Assembly (NCBI GenBank): GCA_002633005.1 | Contig: NMRA01000190.1 | Span: 248,001 to 312,000, forward strand | DNA: 64,000 nucleotides | Direction: 5' to 3' | From: Phoronis australis | Taxonomy: Eukaryota; Animalia; Phoronida | Part shown: one piece after another, positions 51,601 to 60,600 of the stretch | How positions within the stretch are numbered: position 1 is the stretch's first letter | Layout of the letters: the number at the start of each line of letters is the position of its first letter | Made by a program: the position numbers and the translations under genes | The notes under the pieces: generated by a model | What the model was told of the DNA's origin: nothing | Databases searched by the model: none | The model's input: only the letters and a program-made list of their open reading frames with translations

Positions 51601-54600
51601 AGCAAGACTTCGCGAGATTACGTGAGATATTGCCATGTATTTTAAATGAGCACGTGACTTTGATTAGATTTTAGCTAGGTCATAGCGTAGGTCCTAGCGT
51701 CTACTGTACGCACGCCTGATTTTGTTAGACCAGGGAACCGGTTTAGTAAAAGCAGGTTTAAAGTATCTAAGCCACCCTGCTGCGTCGATCTGGATTAACC
51801 CAACAAAGAAACTATTGAAGTGCTTCAATGAAACCTTGATCACGTGGGTATGCAATGGCACGCACTAGTATAATCAGTGCAGACACTTGCGAAAAAGGTC
51901 TAAAAGCTTTTCTCATGAGGAAAAATGTAATGTCTGTGCCCAACACACGTACACATTAAAGTACATGCTCACGATTAGCCGCAACATGATACATGTCCGA
52001 ATTAATTTCCGTGCCATTTTAGTGTTTATTTTTCGCTGCCAAGGGGGGCCAAGACCGCTCCCCGGCGACATTAAATCGGAGACCAATGGATGTGGAACTC
52101 AGAAAAATTAGAACATGGTGTCTTCAGTCAAACACGTAGCGCTTACGACGGCGACACCCTGCTCGACCAGTCGTATTCTCAGGAATCCGTAGGACACCAT
52201 CCAGCACGTACTGGTCTACACATAGGCGGATCCAAGGGGGTCAAGGCACCGGACCCCCTTAGTGATATCAATTCTATAACTTTCAAATTGTTGACTTGGT
52301 CCCCCCTTTAAAAAATTCCTTGACCGACCCTCCCCCTTGAAAATCGTGGATCCGCTCCTTCTACGTTTGATCTTGTGTCGTAAAACTGCGCGAATAGTGG
52401 CAGAATTACATACAGCAGCGTAGTTTAATGTGCACAAATCACACGTCGTGCAAACAAATCGGCCATTTCATATACTGTAAGTTTATCAATCCCAATAGGC
52501 TTTACGCACCCTAATTTCCGGACATGCGCAATCGTTAAACCCATTCGGTTGCAACTCCGCTATTCCACGACAAGCTAGGTTGTTAGAGAACTAAATTACG
52601 TTGGATTTAGGAATCTTTTAGTTTGCAGTAGCATTGGGTGGATATATGTTTGAGCCCGAGTATAGTGAGGCAAAATGAAGACAGCTGTTGAGAGGGATGA
52701 GGCAGGGACTGAGGACAGACGTGGTGGGACATTTTGGTACAAATGCAAGGTGTGCACTCAATGGAATGCCTATGCTGTTCTCACTGGATGGTGACCTGAG
52801 CACCCAAATCGCTTACATCCTGCCGTGTGACTCCCTCGCGCCACACCTGGCACCTTTTAAATAGCTCCAATACTTTAGTCAAGTCCACAATAAACTTAGC
52901 CTGTATTCACTACCACTACTCAACATCGCTGCAGGGTTGCTTAGAGTCGGACAACACCAACACAGAGCAAATCAGTGTTAGTTCCCGGAATTGCACGCTC
53001 TGGGGTACGTTCAGAGGCGTGGGTGACAGTAGATGAAGCGCCTCCAGTCACTGTACAGGCCATATCTCGCTAGGCCACTCGCTTCAAAAATGCACTTCTC
53101 GGGGGGGTGGCGAAGGGGCACTTCTGGGAATCAACAACAACAGTATGGCACCCTTCTTCAGGGGTCAATTTGGAGGAACCTTCACCGATTCTACGTACAA
53201 TTACCTCTTTCGTAATCCAACGACAGCAAATGCTTGCCACACACTCGGTAATTCTCTACTGTTTTGTACGTTGTGTGGACGATAACACTGCGTTCGTCAC
53301 ACGAACGAGCCAAATACGGCGGAGCGTGTCATCTTTCGGAAAGCGGTATACACCGCGGTAGGCAGCAACCGTGCGGCATGTTGACTGACTCGTAAACAAA
53401 CGCAAACTACAACCGAACTTATCGCAACCGAGATAAAACAATGACTAGAAAGTTCACGTAGTTAGACCATATGAAAACAAATGGCAGGAAATTCATAACC
53501 CCCTAAACGTCACATCCGGAGTAAAGCACGACTAATTAATAGAATTAATAGAAGCCGTTATCAACTGAAAAATATGTCTGCCAGGGATAAACAACGAACG
53601 GTATTTTTACTAAAATTGACATGAAAATGGTTGCTTTCTCCTTTAAATTCAAGTGACGTTCATGAAGATGTACTTCATTTTAATCAAAACACAGATCCAG
53701 AGCATGTATTTAAGCCAGTATGGTTATAGCGCTTAACTTTAAATCAGAACAGGAGACTGCAATTTTAGAACATGCACAGACATAGTTAAATTTAAGCGAG
53801 ATTTATGTTTTAGTTTCAGGCCAGAATAGGAGATGGAGATTTTAGAACTTGTACAGATGCGCTAACATTAAGACGGCGTTTCTGTTACTTACATTTGTGC
53901 ATTTAGTTAGATTTTACTGAAATTGTTACAATATACCGCGCTACTTGCAGTTGTTTTATTATCTAAACGAGCTTATAAAATCGTGACTTTGAACCAAAAT
54001 AGAAAAACTTAAATTTTCAGGAGAACCGGACATCATTTACAAAAAGGGATAGCGGTCGTCTACGGGATCACCGCTCGAAGTTGGTGAACAGTCTTTCCAA
54101 AACTTCATTTTTGTAGCGTTTCGAGCAGACAGATCATTTATCAGATGCGAGTAAACAGGTTAGCATCTGTCAAAAATCAATAGCCAGCTTACCGTTGTCC
54201 AGAAAATCGTCTACCTGACAATTAAAAATATTAACATGCCCTCAGAAATGGCTTTGGCATTATATCCAGATCTCATTCACTTCCTAGCATACCTTCACTT
54301 GGACCGAGCTCAGAGGAGTAAGAGACACCTGATACTTTCTGGATTCTGGATTGGATGATTCGTATCCCACAAATATACTCTCTGGGATGCGCTCGAATCC
54401 ATTCACCTCTTCATATTAAAAGACAATTGGTTCCTTACCCAAAATGCCATGTCGCTGCTGTTGCCACCAGTACTTCCGCATCCGGTATCAAATGACATCA
54501 TTGCGTTGTACAGCACAGTCGGCGCTAATTGGTCTCCTTTTCCCAACAAGTGAACAGCCTGATCTACGGCGAGTAATGCGACTCGAGTGTGTGGCTTTGC

Positions 54601-57600
54601 CGCGATTTTAATCGTCACGAAATCCTGAGGTCTGTACAATTCTTTGTCAAACTCTACTGTCACCTTGAATAGGATATAACGCTTTATAGTGTTGTGTACA
54701 TAATCATTCAGAACATGGTGTTTACAACATTAACAAATTAATTTGCATAACTTAAGAGAAAGATTATTTTCAAGAAGTGATCACTTAAAAGGTAGCCCTT
54801 CTCTCAAAAAATATTTCAGACAAGCGACTAGAAACTGAATTTGTGACGCTCGTTATACAGCGATCTTGCCTGTGGTGCGTTTCGTAGAGTAAGTGCGTCG
54901 CTAATGAAGCGAGACTAAGTGTGACAGGTGAGTGTTTCTCGAGAAAACTTAAGACCTTGCTACCATACACACATATAATGTACAATTGATTGGTTAGTGA
55001 GACTGGAATATTGAATTAGGGGGAAAGAATGTACAGTTTTCGGTCCCTGTGACTATGCCTCTTAATGATTTCGGATACTATCCTCAAAAACCCTAGTCCA
55101 TACCCCATCAATATCGAGTCTTGTCCACACACGCGCCTCAACTGCTTCATACTCGGTGACCAAATTCCATACTCTGGGACCAAATTAAAAGACCCGTTCC
55201 TGGGTGTGGGTGAGAATTCAAAATTATTTTCGACTGAAGGTGGGCATATAGAACATTTAACAGATTTCTGACAAGAACCAAGTTAAAGAAGTCATCCTTA
55301 AAAACTGTTTAAATCACAAATATATCTTGAACAATAATCACTTGGTAGTGGTCATTATTTGTTATCCACAAACCTCGTTTTCACAGCCGTCTATTACGTC
55401 AATGAATATTGAATCAGCGACAACTTCGTTTTCGTAGACGTAGAAGACCAGAAGACGAAAACCAGGCGACATTGAAGAATCCACGTGTAGTTCAAGTGTG
55501 TAATTGGAATAAATGTTATTGCTAATGGAATAATTGTATAAATTGTCCGAGACGGTTTTAACAAGATAAAACATCTTTGATACTTTCTCTGGTTTGTTGA
55601 AAAGGATATCAACTTGCACGTCCGATCCAATCTGAAACAATATTGAAAACGTGCTGCACACCTATTGTAGTTCCAAGGATATGTAGACTAATATGTAAGC
55701 AAGTATTAAGGAACATGTAAAATTTATTGTTCAAACTAATTCTCCATAAGTACCAGCTCGTACTTAAAGACGGATTCGCCGTAATAAGTTCGCCAAAAAG
55801 AATTGCACTTCCGGGAATTTTTGTTCTGTGTACCCCGTTACAACGTGCTTCTGAGCTCGCTCATCCATTTTTTCCCGAAACACCGTTCACCATGAACGCT
55901 TTTTTGTCTCGCTTTATCAATCCAACCACATCCTAGACGCCGAGAACGCGTCCATGCAAAGCACAAAATAGTGAGTAAAACTTGAAGGAAAAATGTTTTG
56001 CGTTTAAGAGTGCCCCTTAAGAGGACTAGGTTCGAGGAGGAACTTTTGATTGTGGGTGTTATTTCGGAGAAGTTCATTTAATTTTTGGCACTATTGTTCG
56101 TTGTAGTTTCTGGTCAAATGCCGTGGTGCACTTTTGTCTCGTATGCTCCCTTAAATGTTTCTCTATACTTCTTGAAGTTGTCCCGGGCGCATTAACAGAA
56201 ATTCCTGCCATGGATAGTTCCGACAAGTGCTGTTAGGCCACGCCAGCCATAGCTACAGTTGTGAAGTCCCACAACCACAAAGCAAACAGGGCGGAAGTTC
56301 CCCTGCACACGTACGAATACTATAACAAAGGGTTCTTCTTTTCGATGTGTTCCCATGGACATTTCGACATCGAATCGCAAAATCGCAAAGCTTCCTGGCA
56401 AAAAATAGACTGCTACATCAGAGGTTTGTCCATGATTCTAAATCTTTGATCTCATTCCTGGATTACTGGCCCGTTCATGGTTTCATCAATAAACAATATC
56501 ATCGAGAAATGTGATTTCCCGAATCTTCGCGGTCTGCTGACAGAGCTGAACCCCAATATTTATACAGGATACAAAATATTTAGTGCACAATGGGTACCTT
56601 CCACATTCCCCCATAACTGCTGAGTTAGAACAAGACCTGTTTAATCGTTTAGAAAACTTGATATGCACAGTTTCTCTGCCATAACACAAAGAGAGGTTAA
56701 TCAGGACATCTCGTATTTTTACAATTAGCAGAGGCTGATTTATTTAGCTTGACTAAACTACGTTTTAGTAGCTTTGATGCGTAATTTTTCTAAATTAGAG
56801 GAGCACAGAACCATAGCGCTTGCAAACGATAAGGAGTTAATCTTTGGCACTTGCTGTCTGAGGTACATTGCTATTAATAGGGCTTTTTGTTGACAATTGA
56901 TTCAAGAATTGTCATGCAACCCTGACAGGCCTCAACAGTTAAAAACCAAAAAACTACGTAAATCCGTCTCAAGTTTTCGCCGCAGATAGGACGAAGTAAG
57001 CTGAAGGTTTTACCGCGCAAATCAATAGGTTCCAATCTACGAAACAGTAAGTTATGAGGAATGCCATTGAATGCTTTTGAGAAACCAATAAACGCGAAAT
57101 AAAAACTACCCTATGTACTCAAATATTTATCGCACAAAGCTTGAACCATAAACACTCGTTTTGTGGCAGAGTATATCTTTTTATTAAGATAAAGAGAGAC
57201 TCAAAAAGTTTACCGTTAATTTCAGCCCAAAAATTTAGTCAAAAATTTTCCAAAAGCCAACACCAGGGACATTCCTGCATAGTTATTATCATTTTTGCCA
57301 TTAGCTTGTTTGTGAAATGGAGTAAGCACTGCGTCACACTAAGTTTGGGGATAACACCTAGAATAAAAAATTCCATTAAATAGTTAATGCAACATTGGCG
57401 CTATCGTTACTTAGTGCACTTAGGCATTTTAAAAACTCACCTCATGATAACTATCGGCCTTGTCATCAGGCAATTGTTCAATAGTAACACATATTTCAGA
57501 TAACAGAAAGCACTGCTAAGATCAGATTGGTACATATCACTTATTATTATAACTGTCACTTTGCAGTCTACCGTAGTCACTCTAACACTGTCGTAGCGTT

Positions 57601-60600
57601 AGACGCAGCAATGTCGAACCAAGTGTCTATTCTCTTTCCCAGTGGTGGGAGAGGTAGCACAATGACAGGTTCATGTACTGTGACTTTTCAGTGATGAACA
57701 GAATGAAGTAACACGTAGAGACTGTAATTTGGTGGAAAACACCGCCGAGCTGTCCGATTAAGAAATAGTAATTCCTACACGCGGAGGTGTGCCTGTCGGT
57801 CATGATCTGTTCAAACTACCACTCCATTCCATAGAGGGCGCTGTGACGGAGCGCAACCATACGTAACAAACCATGCGTAAACGAAATGGTCCAGGAGCAA
57901 GCTGAAGAACTTAATGGTTGTGTTGCATAACATCATTTTTAATTACCTTGAGTGGTCACGGAAAGTGTCGTATCGTTTCTATTAGGACCAACATGATAAT
58001 ATGCCCAAGTTTTGATTAACCCGTTGCACTGCATCTCTCAGACACCATGGCCAAATCTAGTTACCGGAGATATGTCTCATAATTTTAGTCCATCGGAATG
58101 ACGTCAATTTCGTTCCATTTTGAGGTTCACTATCACTTGAAAGTGTTATGAGACACTTTGTTAAGATGTCTCGACCATTTTTACTTACGGAAACTGGTTC
58201 TTCTTGTTTGATTGACGCCATGACGTAGCTTCCGCTTGGCGAAAACTCACGTGATACAAATACTTCACTGATGCCATGCTTTAACCTCACCTGTAGTGAA
58301 TAAGGAAACAGCGAGTAATGCTCTGTCTCCACACTACGATTTTTCCATACGACTTGGTATACAAGTGTCGCATACGACTGGTGTGTAGACCTGTGTTACG
58401 ACACGATTTCGGAGCTTAAGGTCGTACGAAATCGGCGACAATCGGGATGTGTACAAAATGAATCAAAAGTTACATACGAAATCGTATAGGAGAAATCAGA
58501 ATGTTTAGACAGGGCTTAAGAAAGATAGGCAAGGTAGACCTGTGTATACACTACGAATAGTCGTAGAACATTGTATTTACTTTGTATACGACAGCCTGAG
58601 CATGCAGACACTCGTATACAAGCCACATACTATCACGTTATTACACGGCAAATACTGTTTAAGTCAACTTTATAGTCTCTTGTCACAGTATATGACTTCT
58701 GCTCAATCAAACGAAGGTCGTGACAAAATTGGACGTGCTCTATTACTTTTAGAACACCAGTATACAAGAACCAATCGGATGCCTTAAACGGTTCATCCAG
58801 CGAAGCAGCGACGTCAATGAAATGCAGTCATTGAGTGCAGAATTAAATAAGTGGTCTGTGTTGAAAAGAAGACGTCAAACAAATCTAAAACTGAAATGAA
58901 TGACATGATTAAACTCATACCATCATGTAAGATGCTAAAATTGTTGAACAACGACGTGCCCAACGTAATGCAGCAATATCAATTTCTTTCTGTGAATCAC
59001 ATTTAAAGTTATGTCCAACCCTAGGTTCTTGCTTCACTTGTTTCGTTCGACAATATATCTCACCGTTAGTTGAATCAAGGAAGTGTCTGCCATTGGCTTA
59101 ATGCCTGCTTCAATACGCCCCCTCTGGTCTGTTACTGCCTGTCTGATATCCGGTTGTACAAAGCTTCCGTTCTCGGTCAACAACAATATTATTATCATCA
59201 CGTCAATTCCAGTTGCGGGTTTTCCGTTAACCTTAGTTATGTCTATCTGGAATAGGAAGAAATAATGATATCAAGTATGCAGAAGACATTGCAGGATACG
59301 CGTTTGCCTGAACAGAGATAGAGTGCATCTGTAAGTGGAGGCACACAGTCTTAGCACGTGACAACAATAAAGTTGATTTGCTGTAAAATGACTCATTGTG
59401 GATTAAGACTCTTCCTGCTGAGATGTCCTTGAACAGGAATATCACTTCATTCCAATTAGAGCAACAGATGTTGGACTCATACATTTGGATGGACTTTGGA
59501 CTATATTATTACTACAAATGTTTTTTGCGTTCGTCATGTTATTCCTTATTAAACATTGTTTGGTAAACGAGGCACTTTGTCAGAGCTCCAGCAAAAATTA
59601 AGGTCCAGGACAATTTAGGGTTCAGAATATAAATTGTAAAAGACTGGCTGAAAGCTAATTAGCGTGGCTCCTACCTTTGCTGTGTATGGAAGTCCAGGTT
59701 TGAAAAATGAACGTGATCTCGACATGTTGACATTATAGGGATTCGCAACGAACTGGCATTCGATTGTTTTTGCAACCTCCTCTGTCCCCGATTTCGTTTC
59801 TGTGACTGTAGCTTCAACGAAAAGTCGAGCACCGGAAATAAACCAAAAATCCGTGCCCAGCACTTCGATGTCGCGAGAAGGAAACTTCACCTCGTGGTGT
59901 GAGGGTCCAATCTAAATTATAATCAAAATGAGAATTTTACCAGTCATCACTGTTCATAGCTGCATTAATGTAGTATTGTGAACTTGTCTATTCAAATTTA
60001 CACCATGTGACAAGTCTTATACGCATCAATTGCAGGTAAATTTCTTCACTCATCAAATACAAAGTTTTCTCATTGGGTGAACACAGATTTCGTGAGATTT
60101 TTTAAAAGAAGCTTCAAAAATCATAACGTCCTAAAACCGCATTGGTGTGGTGATGGAAGGATGCCATCACTAAAATCTCAAGAGACGTTGGTGTAATTAA
60201 ACTAGCAAATTTAAAAAATGAAGTTTTAAAACAAAAGTCAATGAGTGGAAAACTGAATTATGTGAAGCAATACTTGTCATTTTTCGAGTACGATTGCTAA
60301 TTTCAAGTAAAATTGTTTCCTGATAAACTGAAGTAAGGGACAGTGACACCAAAAGTTATTATAAAGTAACATGTTATTTAAGTCAAAATGCATAAATCTA
60401 TTCTTGGTAAAGAAGGGGTTGTCGCGCTTCGAACGCTCGGTGTGAAAGCCTTCTTTGAACGGGTTTTTGCATTGAATTAGTTCAAGCAAGGTTTTAGGAA
60501 TGCATGAAAGCACAATTTTAACTCTCAAACATGGACCCGTCAAATAATAAGTATATAAGTGGTCTTTTCGCGCCATGTTACGTCGCCAACGGCAGCAGCT